A stretch of 64,000 nt of DNA, taken from assembly GCF_009914755.1 (NCBI RefSeq), contig NC_060932.1; one strand, 5' to 3'. Source of the DNA: the human T2T-CHM13v2.0 reference genome, Homo sapiens. Below the pieces are notes generated by a model. That model was not told the origin of the DNA. It searched no databases and saw only the letters and a program-made list of their open reading frames with translations. The position numbers and the translations under genes are program-made. Of the stretch, positions 1-13,042 are shown piece by piece. Numbering within the stretch: position 1 is the stretch's first letter; each line of letters starts with the position of its first letter.

Positions 1-1309
1 CAGCTCCCTAGGGCACAACTGGGACCCTCACTGCCCAGCACCCCCGTCCCCTTTCCAGCTTCCTGTTCTATGCACGAATCTTGTTCCTTATCACCCCAGG
101 ACAGTCCATATCACATAGATGTGCTGTATATTGTCAGCCTGTCTCACAGAACTAGAAGCCCCATGCAGGCAGAGAACAGCCCGATTGTTCGCTGATGTGT
201 CCCAAATGCCTCGAGCCGCTCCTGGCATACTCAGGCACTCCGAGCATAGTTGTTGAAGGGACGGTAGGATGAACAGCAAGGGCCTGCAGCCATGTGTTCT
301 CATCGTGTCTCTCAGACACCACTCGGCGTGAACTAAAGGGCATTTCTCACCTGCCTTGCTGATTTTCTTTTTAATCATTTACTAACTAGAGGGAAGAGAG
401 AAGTCATATTTATTGTCTCCCATATGTCAGCCTCTTTATAATCATTAATGCATTTCGTTCTAACATCAACCCCATTTTATTGACCCGAAATGAAGGCACA
501 GACAGGCATATCCACTGAACACATTTGTTCATTGGAGGTGAATCTTCTGAGGCCACAGAATAGAGCTAGATTTGAACCTGAGTCTCTCAAATGCCAAATT
601 TCACATTCAATCCACTGGGCCCCAAGACATTCAGGTTGATGCTGAGGCCCTGCTCAGTCCCTCGGTGTTTCCAAGGGCTCTTACTTTTCATTAGGATGTG
701 TTAATGGCAGTCCTTTAAAAGCACACACCAAGGAGTGGCCAGTTCATGACAGCCCTTTGTGTAATTCCTGCCTGTAACAAATCTACTGTCTAAGGCAGAC
801 CCCGCCTGTAATTACAGCTTGTGGAAGTCAGCACATGCAGTCACACGGTGGCCCCCACTCCCGCCTGCTGACTCTCTAATTAAACTGGCAATGGCATCTG
901 TGCTCGGGGCCTCGCCAATCATGAAGGAATGTGTGTCCCAGGTCTTGCTGAAAATGTGCCCCTTCACATTCCCTTGCACCCCAGTGGGGCTTGGGAATTT
1001 ATCTCCCACTATTTGGGAGACAACTTTTGGGTCATCTCCAAAATATTGACCAGTCATCAAGGCTGCACCCAATTAGTGTGTCAGATCCCCATAAAATGTG
1101 GAACTCTAATCTCAGTCTCATGGGAGCATAAACTGGGCCTCATCCCTCCAGCTACCTGGCTGTGAAGGTGTTCTAGATCATTTTATGCAAGAGAGACTTA
1201 TTTTTGCAATGCCCAGGGCTTGGTGTCCTAGCACTCCTAAAAGCTCATCTTAGAAGGAGTTTCCGCAGAACCCATGAAGGAGGCTCCATCCATGATTGAG
1301 GCCAGTCCT

Positions 1310-1644
<335 letters not shown>

Positions 1645-1799
1645 TGGGGACCACTCCTTTATCTAGCAGGGGTTTGGAAAAGGGGTTCCAAGTGTTTGGG
1701 CTCAAGCTCAGTGGGGACAAAGCTCTGCTCAGGCCTCTCTCTCTAAGACATGGACTTTCCCTGGCCTGTCTGAATGGGGCTCAAGGCTGAGTCTACAAA

Positions 1800-2050
1800 T
1801 ATCTAACAACAACGACAATAGACACAGTGCTAAGCACTTTGTAGGTTTCATCTCATCTAACTTCATGACAGTTTTATGATGAGGGTAATTTGTTGTGCCC
1901 ATTTTACAGATGAGGAAATAGACATAGAGCGATTATATAACTTTCCCAAGTTCATACAGCTAAGAAGTCGCACAGTTACCCTCCAAGCCCAGACCTTTCC
2001 AACTCTGGGATTTGAAACCCAAGAGGTTTGACTTTAGCATCCTACTTTCA
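1800..2050 (-). mobile_element. MIR relic (one of many; others near 4000-4200, 6440-6640, 14870-15100, 23420-23530, 43400-43520, 52220-52430)
   Basis: MIR core motif cccattttacagatgaggaaa...cccaag..cacagct. Confidence 0.7.
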
Positions 2051-2572
2051 GCCTCTAACCTGTATTATCTCTACAGAGGTCGTTCATTCAATGCATATTT
2101 ACCTATGACATGCCTGTCACCATACTGAGCACTGGGGCTATGGACACAATCCCTGCCCCCTTTGCCATGTAGTACTCTGGAACAATAGGCAAATAAACTA
2201 ACATCACAGCACCTGGGTCCTGAGGGCCATGGGGGCCCCTGGTTTAGCCCGGGACAGGTTAATAATCATCACTCAAGGTTGTTGACCATGTGCCAACTAC
2301 TGTGCTAAACACTTTTAATGCATGTTTCGTTGGGATCTGTTAATAATTCATGCAATAGGCATTTTTCATTATCCACCTTGTCTAAAGAAGGAAACTGAGC
2401 TACAGAGAGAGGCAGCAATTTACTCGGGGTCCTGGAACTACAAGGTAGTTCTGCCCTTTCAACCATTATCTCTAGAGCCTGACCTTTCAACCATTATCTG
2501 TCCTGTTTCCTGGAGGAGGTGAGCCCTGAGCAAAACCTGGATTTTCTATTATAATCTGATTGCTGACTGTGA

Positions 2573-2690
2573 AGTTCCCAGGCCAACGGCATCAGCATCA
2601 CCTGGGAGCTTGTTAAAATGCACGTTCCTGGGCTCCACTCTGGACCTGCTGAGTCAGAATCTGTATTTTATCAAGATTTCAGTCTACTTT
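2573..2690. mobile_element. MER5A-like hAT DNA transposon fragment
   Basis: gcatcagcatcacctgggagcttgttaaaatgca...ggctccac...gacctgctgagtcagaatct. Confidence 0.7.
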
Positions 2691-5340
2691 AACGCTTATT
2701 GGATTAAAAAGCATGTGTCTAGTTCAATAGCTGTTATCCAGGCAAACTAGGGAAAGGTGTTTAGGCAGGAGGAACAGCAGGCGCAAAGGCTTAAAAGTAC
2801 GAGAGAACATTTGGTGTTGAGGAAACAGCACTCCTCACGTGGCCTGGGCATTTTGGTAATATTTCAGCAGCCTAGTTCTCAGGAGTCACAGAAATTGAAG
2901 GCCAAGTGGCAGCTCGTCTGGGTGGCAAGGGCAAAGCACAGCTGGGTTTGTTCCCCACCTGTGTGACTTACTCAGCTGTGTAAGACAGCACTTAGCCTCT
3001 CTGAGCCAGTTTCCTTGTCCACCCCCTCAGGATGGTTATGGGAGCAAATGAGAAGAGGGTGCACCAGGGGCCCAGCACAGCATCTGACACGCAATGGGTG
3101 CTTGGTGCGTGGCACTTGTGCTGACCTCGGCTACTCCCTTTGCCGACATGACTCAGGCAGCATCATTCTCACCCCTTGGCAGTCTCCTCTAAGTTCCAGC
3201 AAATGGCATTGCACAGGGAGGAGACAGTTTATGAACTTGTTTTACTCCTCTGCAGCCCAGGAGGCATTGGTATCTTGGCTAGGGCTCTCACTATGACCCC
3301 CTCATGTTATGTATGAGAAAATGGTGCCCAGAGAGAGAAAGCCACTCTCTCAAGTTTGTACAGTGATTGCCAGATAGCGGGTGCTGGGACTTGGAGATCC
3401 TGGTGCCCAGACCTCAGTATAGCTCCCTCATGTTAAGATTTGAAGGCAGATTATGCCTGCCACGTAGCAAAGCAGCCTGGGGAGAACCCACTTTAGTGCC
3501 ACTGCACCGTTGTCCTTGTACCCTCCTGGGCTCCCAGAACTGAGTTCTCCCCACTTCCGCTCCAGCCCGGGGCATTAGACCCACCCAATATCTGAGGTGG
3601 GGGCATCATGGATTCCTTCTTTATAAAGCATCTGTGAGCAGTACTTGGCCCTCGAATTTGGCACCTTCTGCCTTCCCCACCTGCCTTCACTCATCGCCCA
3701 ATCTCCTTGTTCACAGCTCAGAGCTGAGCAAACAGGCTGCAGCATTGAGACAGCCACTGGAACGAACTATTATATTTTCTTGCACAGTTTTTCAAATATT
3801 CATATTATTTGTATGAAGGAATTAGCATAGAAATAAAAGCAAGAGAGCCTTCTTCCATGAAGATAGATACACATAGCATTTTTTAAATGCTTTCTTCATC
3901 TAATAAAGCGGTTTGGGGCCCTGTGTTAATGCTTCAGTTTTCTAATTGAAACCAATTAAACCCATGATGGATACAAGTAGGTCTCTTTGATTAAGGGCGT
4001 ATGCCAGACTTTGAGTGAGGTGCTTCAAAACGTTATTTCTAATTCTCAAAACAACGCTGTGAAATAGATTTTACTTAACTCCATTTTGCCTATGAGAAGC
4101 CTGAGGATTAGAGAGGCTAAGTGACTTGCCCAAAGCCACACAGCTGGGAAATGCAAGAGCTGGAACCCAAATCTGGGTTGCCAGCTCCAGGCCATTGCAC
4201 CTTGCACTGAGACTTCCTAGCTCTTCTTAGCCCGCACCCACGAACAACCAGCCACGACTAGGAGTGGGATCCTTAGCAGGCGACTGCTTTGTTCACTTCA
4301 TCTTCACAGGAGACAAAAACAGGGCCCATATGAATACACACAATACATTCACATTTGGAAGATGTCTGGCTCAGAGAGAGGAAAAAATATATTTTCCAAG
4401 ATCCCCCCAAATTTGGCAGTTAGCACTTGAACCCTAAGTTTTGACTCCAAACTCAATGCTCTTTTCACTGCTCTGGGCCAGGCACTTCATGGGCAAAAAC
4501 CACCCATCCTTCCATGGGCCGAGGTCCCAGTGTCCACAGCTCTGATGTGGGGTCCTGCTTAAGTTATAACTGGGGGAACGAGCCTGTCTCTTACCAGCAG
4601 TAAGACCTGGGGTTAAATCTCACCTCATGCATCCTGTCTGTGTGACCCTAAACAAGCTAGGCAGGTTCTCTCAGCCTCAGAATTATGGTTCATAAAATGG
4701 GATAACATCGTGCCCAATTCACCTTGTTATTTTGATGCTTCCTCGAAACATATGTGTGAAATGTTTAGCACAAAATTTAGAAATAGTAAGAGGGGTGCCA
4801 GTGGGTTACTAATATCATTTTTGTAATGAAATATTCCAGGCAGAAAAGGACAGAAAATATAATGCAGTTTTTTCCCTAAACTATTAGCAGGTTGTAGAGT
4901 CCACAAAATAGATTGTAGGTGAGTATTTTTTGAACAGACTAGACTAGACTAGGGTAGAATAGAATGGAAACTCTCAGATGCGTTGTAGATGGTAAGAGTA
5001 TGGAGTGTGAACATTATTCGTGAGTGCTATTTCAGGTCTGTGTCTGTGTATGTCCATGTGTGTTCTGTTATGTATAAGATAACTTTCTTACATGATCATG
5101 GTCAAAATATTTAAAAGTCGCTGATATGATGAATATTCACAGATTCACCATTCAGATCTCCCAATTTCATATTTGCTCCAGACTTTTTTTCCCAATAATC
5201 AAAATGTTATTGATGGAATGAGAACAAAGCCCTCTTTGCATGCCCTCCTGGCTTCGGTCATCCTGAAGGATCAGTTAGTCCACAGGGTGGTTCAGCCTTG
5301 CTTCTCGTTCAGCCGGGTGGAGAGTCAGCCATCCCACCAG

Positions 5341-5510
5341 AAGGGGCTGTGTTCACCCAGGAGTGGCTACGTTCACCCAGGAGGGGCTGTTCCCACCCAA
5401 GAGTGGCTGTGTTCACCCAGGAGTGGTTGTGTTCACCCAGGAGTGGCTGTGCCCACCCAGGAGGGGCTGTTCCCACCCAGGAGGGACTGTGCTTACCCAG
5501 GAGGGATTGC
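5341..5510. repeat. 20-bp GC-rich minisatellite, ~8.5 copies (consensus GAG[T/G]GGCTGTGTTCACCCAG)
   Basis: Period-20 repeat visible directly; gives the repetitive ORFs at 5173..5548. Confidence 0.95.
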
Positions 5511-5819
5511 TCATTGATGGAATTCTAATCACATTGATGGAATTCTAATCACAGGTCCTGTGTGCTTGTAAATGTTTGGAGAAGCAATTTAAACACACCA
5601 GAGTGTGCTGATAAGCACGTTGCACCGTTTACATAAGGTCCTAGAAATATGTAAACACATAGCACAGGACTGTGCTGGGGCCCAGGAGGCTGGGCCTCAC
5701 ACCAGGGGCTGCATCCCAGACTTTCCCCTGCCCATTGTCTTCAGAAAGGTGGAAACTGGGTCCTGGGGGAAGGCAGTGAATGGCCCCAGACTCCCACAGT
5801 GCAGACAGCAGCAACACCA

Positions 5820-5985
5820 GAACAAGGAAGGAACAGAGAGAGGGGGGAATTTCAGAGAGAAATAGAGAGAGAAGGAGAGAGAAGGGGAGAGAAGGGGAGG
5901 GGAAGAGAAGGTGAGGGAAGGGAGAGAAAAGGGGAAGCATGAAGGAAGGAAAGAGAAAGACAGAGAAAAGAAAATAGAAAAAGTT
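5820..5985. repeat. Polypurine (GA-rich) low-complexity tract
   Basis: Almost only A and G on the + strand over ~165 nt. Confidence 0.9.
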
Positions 5986-6740
5986 GCGTCCATCTGGACA
6001 CACATCCCCCAGAGAACTGCGTGCCTTTCCTGGCCATCCTATATAAAATAGCCCCAGCCCCAGCATTCCATATCCTTCGTATATGGCCTTATATTTCTTT
6101 GTAACACCTGTTCCCTGATATACCATACATTTATTTGCTCATTTTCCACCTCTGCCACTAGAACGTGAGCCCCAAGAGACAGGGAGCTTGATCGGCATGT
6201 TTGTGGCTGTTTCTCCAAGCCTGGGGCACTGCTGGCCCTGGTGAAGCGTAACTATCTGTATGAAAGTGTGCATGAAGCATTCATATGATGAGTGACTGAG
6301 TCCATGAATGAAACTGAATTTAGCTCTCCTAACATGACCAGACCACAGTTACTCATGAGTTGGCTGAGCAAGGAGCCCGGGAAAGCAAGTGAAACTCGGG
6401 GGTTTGACCTGTTCTCAGACTGCAACAATGGTTAACCTTAACAGAGCACTTATTAAGTGCCAGGTACCATTGTAACTACTTGCCATAATCCTATGTGGCA
6501 GGCACTCCCATTTTCAGATGGGGAAGGCAGGCACAGAGAGGGATAGCCATTTGCTTAAGGACACACAGCTAGAAGGAGGCAGAGCTGGGATTTGAACTCA
6601 GACAGTCTGGCTTCCACTTGTGTTTAATGCCATGCCCCACTGCTTCCCAGAGAGAAAATTCTAGAGCAAGGGTTTGAGGGACACTGACTTGGACCTTTCA
6701 GAATCCAACTGAGGAATTTCGTATCTTTTTTTTTTTCTAG

Positions 6741-6922
6741 CAATTTGAGGAAAGTCAAGGCCGGACCAGTAGCAAAACAGCCTTTTACCAGGCACTGCAG
6801 AATTCTCTGGGTGGCGAGGACTCAGATGCCCGCGTCGAGGCTGCTGCTACATGGTATTACTCTCTGGAGCACTCCACGGATGACTATGCCTCCTTCTCCC
6901 GGGCTCTGGAGAATGCCACCCG
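6741..6922 (+). CDS. TG: TG exon 44 (182 nt), ChEL domain
   Basis: Acceptor T11-ctag|CAA and donor CCG|gtaagc. Translates QFEESQGRTSSKTAFYQALQNSLGGEDSDARVEAAATWYYSLEHSTDDYASFSRALENAT(R). Not captured in frame by the ORF track. Confidence 0.97.
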
Positions 6923-9289
6923 GTAAGCTAAGCTGCAGGAGGGTGCAGATTCCTACTGCTATGTTTTGGAGCAGACTCAGTTGGTGTTCAGGTCATGAAT
7001 GAGAAATAAAGGCACGTGGCTTTGTGCTTGAGGTTTCCTCTGCATCATTCATTCAGCCTACAGCATGGGGAGTGTCCCTGCTGAGGGGAAGCCCTGGAGG
7101 ACATGTAGGGTGGACCCTGCTGCCAGGAAACCCCAAGCCAATGAGAGAAATGAGGGGGTGACTCTGGCTCTTCCTGGGCCATGAGGGAGCTGTCGGAGGG
7201 CAGAGACGAAGCACTTGCCAGAAGTGCCTGGTGCACGCTCCACCTGAAGCAGCCGCTCAGCAAATGCTCAGGACAACCTTCCACGCTCCTGGCCTTGCAT
7301 TCACTGAGCCCAGTGCCCCCAGTCTTGGCTGCCCATCAGGCACACGTGAGCGCATTTAAAGGGTAGGTGACACACAGGGCCCATAGTGGGGCAGCATTTT
7401 CCAAAGCTCCCTCAGCTGATTCCACCTTGCAGTCCAGGCCCACCCGGCACGTGGGAAGCAGAGGCCTGGAGGCAGGGAGGTTTTGTGGCTGATACCACTC
7501 CCCACATAGGAACAGCCCAAGCTCTGACAGCCCTGCGCCCTCTCTCTGGGGCCCGCTGTTTCTTGTATCCACTGCTTACATGCCTTGTCCCCATTCAAGC
7601 TCAAGCTTCTCTCACTTGGGGAAGGCTGCCAAACCCCCACCCCAAGATGGCTAAAGGCTGCAGCCCCCAGGCCCTGCTGTCCCCAGGGTCCCTCTCTTGC
7701 AGCACGCCCCCGGCCCCAGGGGTTGTCGGGACAGACCTGCCTCCCTCTCCTAGTACTGCATGAGCTCACTGAGGCTGAGAACTTTCACAGAAATGCACAG
7801 CAGATGCACAAGAAATGATTTTTGAATAGAAATAAGAAAATAGCCAGGGCTCCAGTCCTTTCTTCCTTCTGAGCTCCTTAGGATGAGACCACAGTGGGGA
7901 CTGCAGCTCTCAGGTCACCTTTGAGTCCCCTCACAGGTGACGCATCTTGGTTTTCTGAGGGCTCTCCAGTCCCAGTGGGAAGAATGGGTGGGATGCGAGT
8001 GCTTTTTACATTCTGTGCCTCCTTTTCTCTCTCCTTCTGGGAGGCCCATTTGCTTGTTGTCCCTGGGGACAGAGCCAATGTCAAGGCTCAGCATCCTTTG
8101 GTAAACTGGAGCCTGTTGGGAAGGGATGGGCTGGAAGGTGTTAGAGACCCACTGCCCTGCTTGGTCTCTCCACTCAGGAGCCTGTGGTTTCCAACTGGAG
8201 GGTCACTGGCTCAGAATAAAACTGTACCACCCACTTGGATCTTGCGGACTAAAAGGCTTTAATTTTCCCTCTAGTGGAGATCTCCACTTTAGATTAAACA
8301 GCCAACAGCTATTTTGGGAGGCCTTGCCCTGGGCTGGACCATAAGAACTCTCAGATGTCCAGTCCCTGACCCTGAGAGGCTTATAATCAAGTCAGGACTG
8401 GGCTAGATCACATTGCAGAGAGAGCTCAGGGCTAGAGATCAAAAAACGTAGGTTCTTGCCTTAATTTTGCCTTATCTGACCTTAAGGACAACCTGCGTGC
8501 TGGGGTGAGAGCTGAGACTGAGGGAAGGCAATATCACCAAGGGAGGCCTCACTCAGAAGACGGACTCCAGCTCAACCTTAGCTCAGGCCTTCCTTCTCTC
8601 TGGCACAGACTCAGGACCTGGCCCCATCTCCCTGGCAGTTTCCTGGGCAGTGTCCCACCCGAGGCCTGCCAGTGCGTGATGCTTCCCATAGGTTTGATCC
8701 TGTCCCTGTCCTGCTCACAATGCCTCAGGGTGCATGGGGGGAAACTCAGTTGGCTTCATCTGCCCTCAAGATGCCCACAGTGCCCCACCCAACTTCAGAG
8801 CCTCACCTGGGAAGACTCAAGCACCCAGCAGACTCACCAAAGGCTTTTATCCCAATGACCAGGAAAGGAAGACGGGCACCCCTTTTGCTGAGGGACTCCC
8901 ATGGGTGTTATTAAACTTGGGCATTACAAAACCTCTTCCAGGTAGGGACCTTTGGCCCCACTTCTCAGCTGGGAAGACAGAGATTCAAGGAGATAAAAGA
9001 ACTGCTGAGTATCTCACCTTTACTCTGCAATGCAGATGGGATTGAAAACCTGGTGGGCCCAGGGTCAGCCAGGGTCTGTCTGACTCTTGGCCTGGCTGGG
9101 GCCGCCTCTCTAAGCACATAGCCTGTGCGTCAGCACACGCAGGGCCCCACTCTTGTAAGCTGCTGCTTCTGAAATCGATTCATGCTACCCTCAAAGGCAG
9201 AGCAAATATATAACTTAGGGAGATTTCTCGGCTTCCTCATCTGGACATTTTGGACTGGATCTTTTTTTCTTATGTGGCTCCCTTTTCCA

Positions 9290-9452
9290 CTGTAGGATGT
9301 TCAGCAGCATCCTGACCCCCACACACTAGATGCCAGTACAATCCTTTCTCTTCCCAGTTGTGACAACCAGGAATGTCTCCAAGCATTGCCAAAGGGTTCT
9401 CTAGGGGAGGTAGAGATGGGGTGGCAAAATCTCCCCTGCTGAGAGCCCCTGG
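9290..9452 (+). mobile_element. MER20 fragment
   Basis: tgtaggatgttcagcagcatcc...ctagatgccagta...gttgtgacaacca...ctgagagcccctg. Confidence 0.7.
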
Positions 9453-9927
9453 GCTGAGCTGAGGGTACCACATGCTTGAGCTATCTTTGCGGGCTCTGAC
9501 GTCTTCTAAAATGCACAATGATTTTATGTTCCATTCCACAGTATATTGTATTTAACTCCACTGTATATTGCATTTACGTTACTATAAAATGTTTTGCTTC
9601 CATGTCTTTAAGTGAAATTGATGTCCTGGGAAGATGTTTATTTCACAGGTTTTTTGATGCCTAAAATACATCAGCATGGACGCCAGTTTTCGAGCCCACC
9701 ACCTACCAGAGGGAACTGTGTACCTACCATACCCTGGCTTTCCCATCAATGTGGCAGTGGAGGCACTTGGAGAGCATTGCTGGGGAATGGGAAGAAGGTG
9801 TTCTTGTAGGCCTGGCAGGGGTGGGTTGGGGGCCCAGGGGGCCCCTTGCTGGGAGAAGCCCTTTCCAGGCACCATGGCCCATAGAGCCATGTTTAACCAG
9901 ACTCCCCCCATGTTCTCTTTTCACCAG

Positions 9928-10035
9928 GGACTACTTTATCATCTGCCCTATAATCGACATGGCCAGTGCCTGGGCAAAGAGGGCCCGAGGAAACGTCTTC
10001 ATGTACCATGCTCCTGAAAACTACGGCCATGGCAG
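9928..10035 (+). CDS. TG: TG exon 45 (108 nt, phase 2-2)
   Basis: Acceptor ttttcaccag|G and donor CAG|gtaaga. Encodes DYFIICPIIDMASAWAKRARGNVFMYHAPENYGHG(S), seen inside ORF 9749..10039. Confidence 0.97.
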
Positions 10036-11437
10036 GTAAGACGCTGCAGGGAAGCAGAGAAAGGAAGGTAAAACCGAATGATAAGTCCCAGTTCGATGAC
10101 ATGGGACACACCACTTAACCCCTCTAAGCCTCAGTTTCCTCATCTGAGAAATAGAAATAATTGTAGTAGCCACTTCATCTCACTGTCTTGCAGGCGGGGA
10201 AAGTTAAAAAAAAAAATGGTGTGAAAGGCTTTGCAAATGATGATGACACACTTTAGAACTGCAATGTTAGTTATTAATTGATTAATTTGACTTGAGAGAG
10301 GAGGCTTTTTCATTTACTCTCTATATTGATTCCTCCAGAGACTGAGCACTAGCTTAAGACATTGACTTTCCAAAGTATAAAAAGGCTTTTCTTTTCAGCC
10401 AAATGAAAGTTGTATTCATGCTTGATTTATATATCATTCTTACTTCCAGAATAGGTTCCAGCTCCCTTAGAATAAAGTATCAGGTGCAATGAAGTCATCA
10501 AAATGAGAAAGAGAAATAAGGTGCAAGTGAAAGGAAACCAACCATAAAGGAAGGGCCAAGCAATGAGCATAGAATTTAGCCTTGAGTTTCCCAGAAGCTG
10601 GGGAAAATATTTTAAAAAGAAGAAGAAAAGAAAGATTTGGGTTTCATAGCTCTAATAGCTGAACAAAGGAAGCAGAGAGACTGAGTGACAGGGACGCACG
10701 TGATCTCAGCTTCAGAGTGAAAGAACAATGCAAAGAGGGTATCTGGGGACTTGGATGACCGGCGCTTTGAATGGAGGACTATGGGGCTATCTGTTCTACT
10801 GCCCCATGAGCTTACAGTTCTGAGCCATTCATCCATGTGGGAAAACCCCAGAACCCTTCCCACTGAGGCAGTGACTTCGTGCATTAAACCACATCAGATC
10901 ATAGTGAGGTGCCTTTGGCAAGACAATCTACTCCTCTAGAGGGAAGACAGTAGTGGTGTCCTTGTGCTCAGCCTCCAATAAGCATTCACAGGTAACAGAT
11001 CATCAGGGAACACATGTCTCCAAAAGATGCAAGAGCATTATTGTTTTACTTCATATAAGAATAGGAGCAAGGCCTGCCATCTGGGGTCAAGAACATTCAT
11101 CACTCACATCCATGGTCTATTTTATGGGCAACAGGGAGCTGGGTGAAAGGACTGCAGCTTTAGAGGTGGGGGTCCAGCCACACCATATACCCGCTGTGCC
11201 ATCATAGGTAGTTTTCTTTGTCTCTCTGATCTTCAATATCCTTACCTACAAAATAAGACTAAAGTTTTTCCTCTTAGGGTTGGCATTGACAGTACCTGGA
11301 CCATAAGTTGTCCAACCCATAACAGGGCTTTACCCTGTGTTACTTAGCAAGGCAAGGGAACTCTTATAAACATGCATCATTTATCTTTACAATTAGCAAC
11401 GCCCCTAAAGTAGGCTGAATAATGGCCACCTCAAGAT

Positions 11438-11515
11438 AGACTCCTTCCCATGTCCTCCTTTCACCAGGGACTACTTTATTACCTGCCCTATAATTGACAT
11501 AGCCAGTGATTTGGC
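11438..11515 (+). pseudogene. Partial intronic duplicate of the exon 45 acceptor and exon 5' end
   Basis: agactccttcccatgtcctcctttcaccag|ggactactttattacctgccctataattgacatagccagtg aligns without gaps to 9899-9975. Confidence 0.92.
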
Positions 11516-11618
11516 CACCTTCCTGCCATTCCCCAATAATGCTCTCCAGGTGACCTCACTGCCACTACGGGAAAGAAAGGGCATTCTCATTTCTCCTAAG
11601 CACTCATTAGTTACCTGA

Positions 11619-11943
<325 letters not shown>

Positions 11944-12075
11944 TGACTCTTGCATTTTTATAGCACTCCACAAAAAAAGTTCAGAGCCCAATTTTGCAGG
12001 GTTGAAATGGCCACCTCTGTTTTACAGAGGAAGTGTGTCTCACAGTCTATTCGAGCTGCCGTAGTAAAATACCTT

Positions 12076-12519
12076 AGCTGAATAGTGGCCCCCGAAAGAT
12101 ATCAGGACCCAATCCCTGGAACCTGGAACATTACCTTATAAGGAAACAGAACCTGGGCAGTTGTGATTTAGTTAAGGATCTTGGCGTGGGGAGATAATCC
12201 TGGATTATCCCGTGAGGGCCCTGAATGCAATCTTAAGTATCCTTATAGATGAGAGCCAGAGGGAGAAGTGCTGTCTACAGAAGAGAGAAGGCAATGTGAT
12301 CACAGAGACTGGAGTGATGTGGCCACAAGGAAGGAATGCCAGTAGCAGCCAGAAACTGGGAGAGCACGGGGAGGGAGTGTGGCCCTGCTGTCACCTTGGT
12401 TTTGGCTCAAACTGGTTTTGGGCTTCTGGTCTTCAGAACTATGAGAGAAAAAAGTTTCAATGGTTTTAAACCAGTAAGTTTATGGTGATTTGCTACAGCA
12501 GCTGCAGGAAACTCATGCA
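12076..12519 (+). mobile_element. MLT1-family (MaLR) solo LTR
   Basis: gctgaatagtggcccccgaaagatatc...ccagaactatgagag...tttgctacagcagctgcaggaaactcatgca. Confidence 0.8.
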
Positions 12520-12675
12520 GTCCCCAAAGTGCTCTCATTTCCCCGGAGCACCCATTATTCATCCGCTTTCTCCAAACAGACTCTTCTGTTTTTATAGCAC
12601 GCCACAAAAAAATGTCCAGAATCCTTGTGAGCTCTGCAGGGTTGAAATGGTTACCTCTGTTTTACAGATATGAAG

Positions 12676-13042
12676 TGTGTCTCAGTCTATTCAGCCTGCC
12701 ATAGTAAATATATCTTAGCCTGGATAATTTATAAACAACGTAAACTTATTGCTCACAGTTCTGGAGGCTGGAAGTCCAAGATCAAGGCATGGGAAGATTT
12801 GGTGTCTAGTAGGGAGCTCGCTGACTGCTTCACAGGTGGCACCTTCTTTCTGCATTCTCTCATGGCAAAGGGGACAAACATTTTCCCTAAGGCCTCTTTT
12901 ATGAGAGCACTAACTCCATTCATAAGGCTCCACCCTCATGACCTAGTTACTCCCCAAAGGTCCTGTCTCTTAATACAAACACACTGGGGATTCCATTTCC
13001 GCCTATGAATTCTGGAGGGACGTAAATATTCAGAGCATAGCA
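12676..13042 (-). mobile_element. MaLR LTR (MLT1A/MST-like)
   Basis: ttattgctcacagttctggaggctggaagtccaagatcaagg...catagca. Confidence 0.8.

Noticed and set aside
5341-5553. Repeat array as a CRISPR-like locus or repeat-protein gene
   Set aside because: Units are contiguous with no unique spacers, the DNA is a human intron, and the repetitive ORFs follow from the 20-bp period.
5641-6126. 161-aa hydrophobic ORF on the - strand
   Set aside because: The F/L/S/P-rich content is simply the translation of the polypyrimidine strand of the GA tract.
6745-7002. 85-aa ORF over exon 44
   Set aside because: It is an alternative frame; the true TG frame starts at 6741.
8265-8280. CTCF-like motif (CCACTAGAGGG on the - strand)
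   Set aside because: The 3' part of the motif (expected C-G-C) is replaced by AAA; a partial match alone is not enough.
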